64,000 nucleotides of DNA from positions 4,466,001 to 4,530,000 of the forward strand of contig CM075995.1 of assembly GCA_038087875.1 (NCBI GenBank), given 5' to 3'. This DNA comes from Malacoraja senta (Eukaryota). This document shows, piece after piece, positions 37,001-49,000 of the stretch. How positions within the stretch are numbered: position 1 is the first letter of the stretch; the number at the start of each line of letters is the position of its first letter. The translations under genes were made by a program, and so were the position numbers. Below the pieces are notes generated by a model. The model ran no database searches. It worked only from the letters and a program-made list of their open reading frames with translations, and was not told the DNA's origin.

Positions 37001-40000
37001 TTATCAACTAAATTTAACTTATCTAGAGGTTGTAGACAAGGATGCCCGCTATCTCCGTTATTATTCACACTCGCTATTGAACCACTAGCAGAAAGTGTTA
37101 GGGCCCATCCAGAAATACACGGGTATAATACTAAAGACACTGTGAATAAAATCTCTTTATATGCAGATGATGTATTAATTTACATTACAAACCCAGAAAT
37201 TAGTATTCCAAACCTATTAAATCTAATAACTCAATTTGGTTTGTTCTCGGGATACAGAATTAATTGGAATAAAAGCGAAATCATGCCAATAACGGAATTC
37301 AATTTCCATATACTACAACAATCCCCCTTTAAAATAATTAATGAAAAATTTAAATATCTAGGAATTTATGTAACTAAGACATATACTTCTTTATTTAAAT
37401 TAAACTTCCCTCCTTTACTGAATAAACTACACAAGAATATTCAGTATTAGAAAACACTCCCTATCTCAATGTTTGGTAGAATTAGTGCTATAAAAATGAT
37501 TTTCCTACTGCAATTATTGAAATATATCTTCCAATTTTTTTTTTTTTTTTAAGGTGGAACCCATCGTTACTAATTTTATTTGGGATTATAAGAATCATAG
37601 AATAAGCAAAAAACATTTATGTAAATCAAAGACAAATGGAGGTTTAGCTTTACTGAATTTCGTGTTTTATTTCTGGGCAGTTAATATTAAAAATATGAAC
37701 TTTTGGTTGGAAGAAATGGACCAGCAACCAGACTGGTTAAAGATGGAAAAGGAAGACCCTTTGAAATTGGTTCGATTCTGTTTGCTCCCACAAAATTGAA
37801 CAAAAAAACCTATAGTGAAAACCCTATAATATACAGTGGTATACGAATTTGGAAACAAGTAAAAAAGACTTTAAAATTGGATAATTTATCACTCTTTCTT
37901 CCCATTGTAAATAACCCTTCATTTAAACCTTCTATGTTGGATAAAGGTTTCACACAATGGAAAAATTATGGAATTAAAAAGATGGGACATCTCTATAGGA
38001 AAGGCATCTTTCTCTCATTTCAGGAGTTACAACAGACTTATGGACTCAAATGACTTTTTCAGATATTTACAACTTAGAGATTATGTTAAATCAAATACAC
38101 AAGACTATAGAACTAGAGATCCAGAAACTCTTTTTGCGAAATTATTTTTTTATTGGAGGTAGATACATATCATATTAAAATCGATACCAGTCTTACATTT
38201 TTAAATTACTAATATCGTCCATTATTATTACAATGTCTCCAATACTTTTTTTTTCTTTTTTTTAAAAAACTAAATAGAACTAAAAAGATATAGATGAAAT
38301 AAAGAAAGAAAGAGAAAAAAGAGAAGAAACAAGAAAGAAAAAAAAAAGGAAAAATAAACAACAACAAAAAAAGATAATAAAGAAGAATGGAATAATTTAC
38401 TACGATAAAAAACTTCATTCGAGATCCAGAAACTCTTGATGAATGTTTGAATAAACATCCTAATACAGATAAATTAATATCTCATATTTATAATATCCTA
38501 TTAGATAGTGAGGTACCACTGACGGAATTATATAGGCAAACATGGGAAAATGAACTAGGCCAACCAATAATGAAAGATATTTGGGACGAAAGTTTACAAC
38601 ATATACATCAATGCTCGTTAAATTCCAGACACTCTTTAATACAATTTAAAGTATTACATAGATTACATTACTCTAAAACAAAACTAAATAGAATCTTCCC
38701 ACATATCTCTCCTATTTGAGGCTAACTTAACTCATACATTTGTAAACTGTATAAAAATCAAAAATTTCTGGATGGATATTTTTAGAATAATTTCTGAAGT
38801 TGTCAACACCCAATTGGATCCTGACTCAAAACTAATAATACTAGGAATATCAGAACAAAGCCTAACACTTAAAACAAGCCAAATAAACTTTCTCGACTAT
38901 AGTATAATAACTGGGAAAAAATTAATATTAAAATTTTGGAAAGGTCCTATAACCCCCACAATTAAATTGGAGTATGGAAATGTCGGAGACCTTACATTTG
39001 GAAAGAATTAGACTTGTCTTAATGGACAAACAAGAACTTTTTGTCAGAATATGGTCTCCATTCATTGACTATTTGAAGGGGCAGATTGGTTCAACATGGG
39101 AACCTGACTGAAGCTCGAACTCAGGATTAGATGAAAAGATATACTTTATAATTTACGAACCTATCTCCAATGTTGTATTATTAGTAAATTATTCCATTCT
39201 TCTTTATCATGCTTTTTTTTCTTCTTTCTTATTCTCTATTAAAAAAAACTAGAAGCAGAGTCAATACACAGCTGATAATATTAGCAATGTATGACTGATA
39301 CACATGAAATGTTTTTATTATGATATGTACTTGCTTCTAATAAAAATATTTAAAAAAAAGAAAAAAAAAGTGAGAGGTTGAAAATGTCCGTAAAAACTCC
39401 AGCCAGTTGGTCCGCACAGGTTTTTAGAACACGACCAGGTATACTATCAGGTCCAGGCGCTTTTCGAAGGTTCACCCCTCTGAAGGATTTCCTGACATCG
39501 GCCTCTGTGACTGAGACTGAAATACCATCACAGCAAATGGGGGCTCCGGAAGTTCTCCTACTCCTACTCATTCCTGGGATCATTCTTGTAAACCTCTGGA
39601 CCCTCTCAAGAGCCAGCGCCCAGAATTGCTCACAATATTCCAAATGCGGCCTTACCAGCGCCTTAAATAGCCTCAGCATTACATCCCTGTTTTTAGACTA
39701 CATCCCCCTCAACAGTATCTACCTATCACTTGCATGGTTTTGTCCCCGTCCCCCCCCCCACTCCAAAAATAAAATCAATGTGACGAAGGGTCACGACCCA
39801 TAACGTCACCTATCCTTATTCTCCAGAGTTACTGTCTGACCTGCTGAGTTACCTCAGCACTTTGTCTTTTTCTGGGGTGAAAAGGTTTTGACTGTTGACC
39901 CACCTATGTCTCATAATTTTATACACTTCTTTATCGGGTCTCCCCTTGGCAGCTGATGGTCTGGAGAAAACAATTTAAGTTTGTCCTCTCCTTATAATTA

Positions 40001-43000
40001 ATACTCCCTAATCCAGGCATTGTTCGGGTAAATATATTTGGCATCCTCTCCAAAGCCTCCAAATTCTCCCTGTAATGGGGTGTCCAGAACAGTGCGCCGT
40101 CCTCCAAATGCAGACTAACCAAAGTCCTACAAACCTGCACTGTGACGTCCTGACAATTGCACTCAGCCTACTCAACCTCTCCTTAGAGCTCAAACCTTCT
40201 AGTGCTGGCAACATCATTCCTTGCAGCGTACGAGGATGAGGGGTAATCTTATAGAGATGCATACAGAGTGCCTACAGAGCAAATAGGTCCACTGAGGATG
40301 CCATCGCCACTGCTCTTCACACTGCACTGACCCACCTTGAACACCAGGGGAGCTATGTGAGGATGCTTTTCACGGACTTTAGCTCCGCCTTCAATACCAT
40401 CATCCCCAGCAGACTGGTCACCAAACTCATGGATTTAGGACTCTCCCAACCCATCTGCCTCTGGATCAAGGACTTTCTAACTGCCCCCAGACTGTCAGAC
40501 TGGGCCATCACCTCTCCACCCCCATCACACTCAGCACCGGATCCCCACAGGGCTGTGTGTTGAGCCCCCTCCTCTACGCCCTCTACACCCACGATTGTGC
40601 CCCCGCCCACTCCACTAACACCATCGTCAAGTTTGCGGACGACACGACTGTGGTTGGACGTATCTCAGGAGGAGATGAGACAGCCTACAGGGAGGAAGTC
40701 CAAAGACTGGCAGCGTGGTGTTCAGACAACAACCTCATCCTAAACACCACAAAAACAAAGGAAATTATCATAGACTTCCGTAAGAACAGTGCAGCCCCCA
40801 AACCCCTATTCATCAATGGGGACTGTGTGGAAAGGGTCTCAGACTTCAGATTCCTGGGCACACAAATTACGGAGGATCTCTCCTGGACTACAAACACCAC
40901 CACAGCAGTCAAGAAGGCCCAGCAGCGACTCTACTTTCTGAGGATCCTCAGGAAAAACAACCTGGAGGAGAAGCTGCTGGTGTCCTACCGCTGCTCCATC
41001 GAGAGTGTGCTGGCGTACTGTATAACCACATGGTATGCCAGCTGCTCTGCAGCGGACAGGAGAGCCCTTCAAAGGGTCATCAACACCGCACAAAAAATCA
41101 CTGGCTGCCCACTGCCCACTGCCCTCCCTGAAGGACATCTTCAGCTCTCGCTGCCTTGGCAGGGCAGCCAACATCCTGAAGGACCCTTCCCACCCGGGAC
41201 ACAACCTGTTCCACCTGCTGCCCTCTGGCAGACGGTACAGGTCTTTCAAAACTCGCACAAACAGACTCAGAGACAGCTTCTACCCCATAGCCATACGTGA
41301 ACTCAACAATGCAAAATAAGAAATAACACTCACATTCAACTGAATGGTTCTACATCAGCTGCTATTGTTATTTATCTGTAATCTTTTAATATATATATAT
41401 TTATTTTTTATTTTTTTATATGTATATATTTTTACCTTTTCTTATATATTTAAAATTGCTCTTGTGAATCGCACCGTGGGATTGACCTTTAAATTTCGTT
41501 GTACCATAGTGCAATGACAATAAAGAGATTACTTACTTACTTAAAATCATGAGAGGAATAGATCGCGTAGATGCACAGTCTCTTGCCCAGAGTACGTGAA
41601 TCGAGGACCAGAGGACATAGGTTTACGGTGAAGCGGAAAAGAATAAGAATCTGAGGGGTATCTTTTTCACACAAAGGGTGGTGTGTGTGTGTGTGGAACA
41701 AGCTGCCAGAAGAGGTCGTTGAGGCTGGGACTATCCCAACACTTAAGAAACAGTTAGACAGATACATGGATAGGACAGGTTTGGAGGGATATGGACCAAA
41801 TGTGGGCAGGTGGGACTAGGCCAGTGTGGGCAAGTTGGGCCGAAGGGCCTGTTTCCACACTATCATTCAATGGTTCAAAAGTGGTAGAAATCTCAGAACC
41901 AGTATTTTGGAAAGATTATGCATGAGCAATTTTGCATCCAGTTCTGGAAGGGAATTCCTTCTTACAGGTGACAGAATAGATCCAAAATCAAACAAAAAAT
42001 CGAATATAAGTGAATTTTGGTTAATAATGGCAAACTCGAGCTCTGTGACAGATCTTTGACAAGTTATCATTGAACCTTTCAGATCCTGCTCCGCCATGCA
42101 TGTGACACTGTGAAGAAAGCTTCTATGGAGCTGGGAGGGCTGGCTCCCTTCATTGTTTTTGAAAGTGCTGACTTGGATCAAGCTGTAGCTGGTGCCATGG
42201 CTTCCAAGTTCCGAAACTCTGGACAGGTGAGCAATGGGATGTAAAGGACAGAAACCTGGCATTAACGCTGGAAGGAGTGTACCAGCCACAAACCACTCTG
42301 CAGCCTGCATGGTCCAGCATTTCCTGCCCCATTTGTTAATGTCTGCAGTTCCCACGTTGAGCCTCAGTTACCTCAGAAACCATGGAGGGTGGATTTAATG
42401 GCGACAGCTGCAACGGGCCTTCAGCTGGGACTTTGAAAAGGGTGCAAAACCTGGCGACTCGTGCATATGGACTCAGTGAGCTGTTTCTATGCATTCATAA
42501 CTTAATTGGGGATTTAACTTATATATCGCAATAACCTTAATAATAAGGACGGCACATTAGCACAGCGGTAGAGTTGCTTCCTTACTGCACAAGAGACCCG
42601 GGTTCGATCCTGACAAAGCGTGGTGTCTGTATGGAATTTGTACATTCTCCCCGTGACCTGCGTGGGTTTTCTCTGGGACGTACAGGTTTGTAGGTTAATT
42701 GGCTTGGTAAAATTGTAAATTATCCCTAGTGTGTGGAATAGTGTTCGTATGGTCGCTGCGGACTCAGTGGGCCGAAGGGCCTGTTTCCGTGCTGTATTTC
42801 TAAACTAAACTAAATCTTACTGATCTGTGTGCAAAAAATAATAATTTCACTGTACCTTGGTATACGCCATAATAAAGAACCATTAAACCATTGGAAGTAA
42901 GGCATTCTTTAAATCTGACTAAGATGCATTTTAAGGTAAAACTATATAAACAAATGCAAGAAATAGGACTGAGGAATACACTAATAAATTTCAATGAAGT

Positions 43001-46000
43001 GGGGAATAAACAGCCTTTATGGAAAATAGACTGATGCATCTGTGTTGTAAATGTGATAAGATTTAGACTTTCAGGCAGTCACCCATTGCTTTTAATTGCC
43101 AGAACATAATATCATATATAATGAGCACTGAAAATGTAGAAACAGTGAACTGCAGCTGCTGGTTTATATTAAAACATGACCCAAAATATTGGAGAAGGCT
43201 GAGGCAGGGTCCTGACCCCAAACATCACCTATCTATGTCCTCCAAGGATGCTGCCTGAACAGATGAGTTATTCCAGCACTTTGTGTCTTTTTTTTGTTGT
43301 AAGCCAGCATCTGCAGTTCCTTTTTTCTACACAACTTCTATGGCCTTGCCCTCGTCAACGGTTATTTGTAATGAGCACTGAACCACTTCAGTTGGAGCCA
43401 CGCAGGTCACGGGGAGAATGTACAAATTCTGTACAGACACCATGTGTAGTCAGGATTGAACGCGGGTCTCTGATGCAGTAAGGAAGCAACTCTACCACAG
43501 TGCCAATGTGCCGCCCTTATTAAGATTATTGCCATAAATCAGTACAATCCCAGATTAAGTTATGAATGCGTAGAAAAAGTTCACTAAGTCCATATGCAGG
43601 AGTCCCCAGGTTTTGCAATATTTTCAAAGTCTCAGCTAACTGAGGTTCTGTTTATTTTATTTTTTCAATAACTTGTCTAGTCTACTTTTGCATCATTCAT
43701 TGCTGTCTGATATCTGATATGCGCAATGTGTTCATCAAGTATTTATGTTTTGCTGTTTTCAAATCCCGAATGTAGACTTGTGTGTGTACAAATCGGTTCC
43801 TGGTGCAGGAGGGAATCCACGATGCTTTTGTGGAGAAGATGGTGAAGGCAATGCACAGTGAGTTGCACGTTGGAAGTGGATTTGATGAACAGACCACACA
43901 GGGACCTCTAATCAATGAAAGAGCAGTGGAAAAGGTAACTCATAACATGCTTTCAAATAAGGCCTATGAGAGAGAAGCGAGTGTTACCAAACTTCTGAAT
44001 TCTCTGGGGTGGAACACTCTCCAAGACAGACGTGAAGCTCACCGTTTGACCTGTTTTTACAAAATGTTAAATGGTCAGCTCAACATAGATTACAAGACCT
44101 ACACCAAACCCAAACCAATTAGGAGCAGACGAGGACATTCGATCCAATTTGAGATTCCAGCTACCAAGACAGATGTGTACAGCAATTCATTCTTCCCCCG
44201 CACAATTAAAGCATGGAATAATCTTCACCCTACCATAGTTACCCAACCAGATGCAACTAAATTTAAGGTAGCTCTTTCTTCCCAAAAACCCTTTCTGGCT
44301 TAAGTCCTCCCTCCACCACCTCCAGTTTAAATTCCATTTGGAATATTTTGGAGGACCAAGAAACCAAGAACCAAGGCGTGATTCATTACATGCTTTCAAA
44401 TGGAAAAAAAAAGTAAAGCTTCTCAATCTCTGAAAAATTGGCAAAATACTTTTTGGGTTTATTATTTTAACGGAAACTCCGATCAAAAATGAGCAACTAA
44501 GGCATAAGGTACCATTCCTAAATTAAGCAACAACAAATTGTGTATTAAAGTGCATTTAATATAATAAAATGCCTGATGATAGTTCAGGAGAACATGTTAA
44601 AATGAGGTTTGGCCTTGAGTCAGAGAAGCAGGAGGAAACACAGATAGCCAAATGTTTGGTTAAACGCATTGCTTCAAAGAAGTATCAGAGAATAGGAGTT
44701 TACAATCGGGAAAGGTAAAGCATTTTAGTTACCGAGGAAGGGGAGTAAAGGGAATCTAGCATTAATCTCTAAGGAACTTCTTATCGAGTCCACCCCACAA
44801 GATTAGAAATTTTTCAGCCAGAGCTGAACACACTTCTCGGCATCTACATACAATGGCGTCTTGTGCTTCTGGTGCGTAGTGGTGGAAAGATTGGTGGAAG
44901 CAGGGCTGCAACGTGAACGCTCTTTCCTTGACTCCTCTAAGGAACTGAAACCCATCATCTACCTCTTTACACCCATCCCCAACCCCACAATGTTGAGCAG
45001 GAAATAACCAAAACTATAGTTGTGAAATACAAATCTAAGAGTCATAGAGCTGTGAGAAGTGACAATAAGACCATGACGAAACTTAAATGATTCAACATTT
45101 TAAATTTGCGTAATGGGCCTGTCCCACTGTACGAGCTAATTCAAGAGTTCTGAGTTTCCCCTAATCCGAACTCGGAGAATTACGGTAATAGCCGCTCGTA
45201 GGTACTCGGGGCTCTCGTGGACATTTTTCAACATGTTGAAAAATCTTCACGAGCTTACCGCGTTTCCCGAGTACCTGCGTTACGAGCCGCTAAGAGACGT
45301 CCCGAGCTCCGACGTACCCGCTACGTACATACCATGAGTTTGATTTTTTTTTAAACTCGGGAGAGCTCTTGAATTACCCCGTACAGTGGGACAGGCCCTT
45401 AAGCCTCTATCTTACTACTCTTGTTTCAGGTGGAGCATCAGATAAGTGATGCAGTGTCTCGTGGTGCCTGCATCGTGACAGGGGGAAAGAGACATAATCT
45501 TGGAGCGTCTTTCTTTGAACCAACTCTCCTTTCTAACGTCACCACAGACATGCTTTGCACACAGGAGGAAACATTTGGACCATTAGCACCTGTTCTCAAG
45601 TAAGAAAATATTAATATTGCTATTAAATATTACTATTACTATTCAGATATCTTTCCTTCAAATCTAATGAAAATCAAAACCTTTCAAAATATTCATTACT
45701 TGACCTTTTAGGTCAGGACCTTCTGAAGAAGAGTCCCGACCCAAACTGTTACCTATCTATGTCTTCCCGACATGCTACCTAATCCCGCTGAGTTACTCCA
45801 GCACTTTGTAACTGTAGATAGACACAAAATGCTGGAGAAACTCAGTGGGTCAGGCAGCATCTCATGAGAAAAGGAATAGGTGACATTTCGGGTCGAGACC
45901 CGAAATGTCACCGGGGACAGTTGGGTCGGAGCGCCGCATCTGGCCCCGCCTCACCCGTCCCGACATAGTGCAGCCTATGGAGTGCAGCAGCAGCTGTCTG

Positions 46001-49000
46001 ACCTTCAGACCTTCGCTTACCGCCGACACCACCACCCCTCCTCATGGCTGATCATCGGTTCATGAGTTGGATGGGGTGCCGGACTTTGCACATGACGTCG
46101 CGCTCAATGTCCAGCACCCGGGTCAAAACTCCTCAGCTGGCCTGCCGGGTGGGCTTTGTGTGCAGTCCAGCACCCGGGCCAGCTCATCATTCACCCAGCC
46201 ACGGCCGAGTCAGTCAACGAATTGCTGTCGGGAATTTTTCTCTTATTTAGACCATTTGAACCCTTATTTGGGAGTGAGAAAGTTGGCAACCCTAAACAGA
46301 CCCTACCCTAGAAACAAATGGGAAGATTAGCCTAAGACTCAATCATCTTGAATTATAGACTGGTGTTTTTTCTTGGCTTGCCTCAGCCTCCATTTTTTTA
46401 AATTCTCCTCAGTGTGTGACTGAGCTTCAGCAAGAGGCCATTAGGTGGCACTCACGTCTTAAACTATGACAACAGTGCTACATAAAGTGAAGTTGGAGTT
46501 GCCTGGAAATTCATTCTCAATTCTATATCAAATGAAGACTCTAGAAGCTCAGCCCGGCTCGTTTACAGATTCTAAATTAACTTAGCAAGTTTCAAAATTG
46601 GGATTGAAATAAATTCATAAATTATAGGAGCAGAATTAGGCCATTCGGCCCATCAAAATAACACTGCCATTCAATCATGTTTGATCTATCTTTTCCTCAA
46701 CCCCAGACTCCTGCCTTCTCCCCATAACCCCTGACACCCGTACTAATGAAATGTGCGAACAAAAATAAAATAATTTGACGATTATGAGGGGAGAAAGGAG
46801 AAAAATAGGACTATTGTCAGTAAATGTTTCATAGAGTCACCTCAGACAGGGTAAATGGCCACTTTCTGAGTTGTGGAAATTATTAAAGTTGTAAATCTAA
46901 ACTCTAACATGTTCCCTTTATACATCTTTCTGATGCTTTTTGAATTAAGGCAATACGTCGGAAGAAGGGTCTCGACCGGAAATGACACCCATTCCTTCTC
47001 TCCAGAGATGCTCCCCATCCCGCTGAGTTACTCCAGCTTTTTGTGTCTATGCATGGTATCTTCATGGGATTAAACTACTTGAAGTAATATTCTAAAAATA
47101 AATTCATTTACTTGTACAAAATATCTGTACACTTGGAAATTTAGAATATCTTTTTTTTCAACTACACAATACAAAATCAGTAACTCAATAAATCAAGTTA
47201 ACAGTAACCAGGTGAATTCTGTGCAGTTCTGGTTGCCCTGCTATGTGCATGATGTCATTAAACTGAAAAGGATGCAGCAAAGATTTGCCAGGACTTGAAT
47301 TATAAGGAGAGGCTGGATATACTGAGATTTTGTTTTCCTGGAGCAGAGGACACTGCCAGGTGCCCTTATAGAGTTATGCAAAATTGTGTTATACATATAT
47401 AAATGCCTTGGATATAAATGTAGATGAGTTGGTTAATACATTTGCAGATGACACTAAGATTGCTATAAATGCCGACTGAGAAAGGCTGTAAAGGTGTACA
47501 TTTTGTGTGGTGGAAGTGGAGAGGATGATGTATTTACAGTGTGTTTGTTTAAGCAGTAAAGAACAGTGTTTATAATGTAGTTGAAATCACTTTAATGATC
47601 TAGTGATTTTTTTTTCTCCTGGCATTGCTCCATTGTCCATGCGTTTTCCTCCTTGCGGTACAAGAGTCTGAAGATGGGTCTCGACTCAAAACGTCACCCA
47701 TTCCTCCTCTCCAGAGATGCTGCTTGTCCCGCTGAGTTACGCCAGCTTTTTGTGTCTTTTGCTCCTTGATATGCATATCATACACCAGCACTTCAATGTC
47801 TCTGAGAAACTTGGCCGTCACTTCTCCCCAGCAGCCTTAGTGTGTTTCAGCTGTCTGTTTGCAATGGAAAGTGTGCCGTAAAAGGCTGGTTTCACAATTT
47901 GATTGCTGCATTGCAAAATGGCAGCAGCTGTGATTAATCTTCCACAGATGCGCTGTAGAAAGCATTGTTTGGGATACATCACAGCTTGGTTTGGGAACAG
48001 CTCCATCCAAGACCGTAAGAAATTGCAGCGAATTGTGAACGCAGCCCAGACTATCACACAAACCAACTTCCATTGACTCCATTTATACCTCGCGCTGCCT
48101 CCGGCAAGGCCAGCAGCATAATCAAGGACGAGTCACACCCTGGCCACTCCCGCTTCTCCCCTCTCCCATCAGGTATAGAAATATAAAAACACACTCCAGA
48201 TCCAGGGGCAGTTTCTTCCCAGCTGTTATCAGGCAATTGAAACATCCTACCGCAACTAGAGAACAGTCCTGAGCTACTATCCATCTCATTGGAGACCCTA
48301 TAACTATTTTTGATCAAACTTTACTGGCTTTATCTTGCACTAAACATTATTCCCTTTATCATGGATCTGTACACTGTGAATGGTTCGATTGTAATCATGT
48401 ATTGTCTTTCCGCTGACTGGTTAGCACGCAACAAAAGCTTTTCACTTCAGTCTGAAAAAGGGTCTCGACCCTAAATGTCACCAATTCCTTCTCTCCAGAG
48501 ATGCTGCCTGTCCCGCTGAGTTACTCCAGCTTTTTGTGTCTATCTTTGATTTAAAGCAGTATCTGCAGTTCCTTCCTACTCATAAGTGAATCAGCTTGAT
48601 ATCTAAATCACAATCAGATTCATTCTCCCTGAAAATGTCAGGGAAGCAGATTACAAGATTGTAAGGAAAGAGTGGGCAAGTGTAACTAGTTTCTTAGCTC
48701 TCAACACACCACAGGACAAATAGCTTCCTCTTATGAGATTTAAGATCCTGTAAATTTTAAACTGCAGGTTTCGAACTGAGGAAGAAGCCATTGCCATCGC
48801 GAATGCTGCTAAAGTTGGTCTGGCTGGTGAGTACATTTCACTAAGGTCTGATGTTCACTGTAATTAAAAACCATGCAAAAAAACTATGAAAACGAATAAA
48901 ATGTAAAACCAAGAAAAAAAGCTGCTTACTTACAATTCCGACAATAAAATGTTTGCCAATTGGGAGGAATAGATCGGGTAGACACACAGAATCTCTTGCC

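Noticed and set aside
33312..39110. Active autonomous L1
   Set aside because: ORF1 has an internal stop, and ORF2 has many stops, frameshifts and an insertion.
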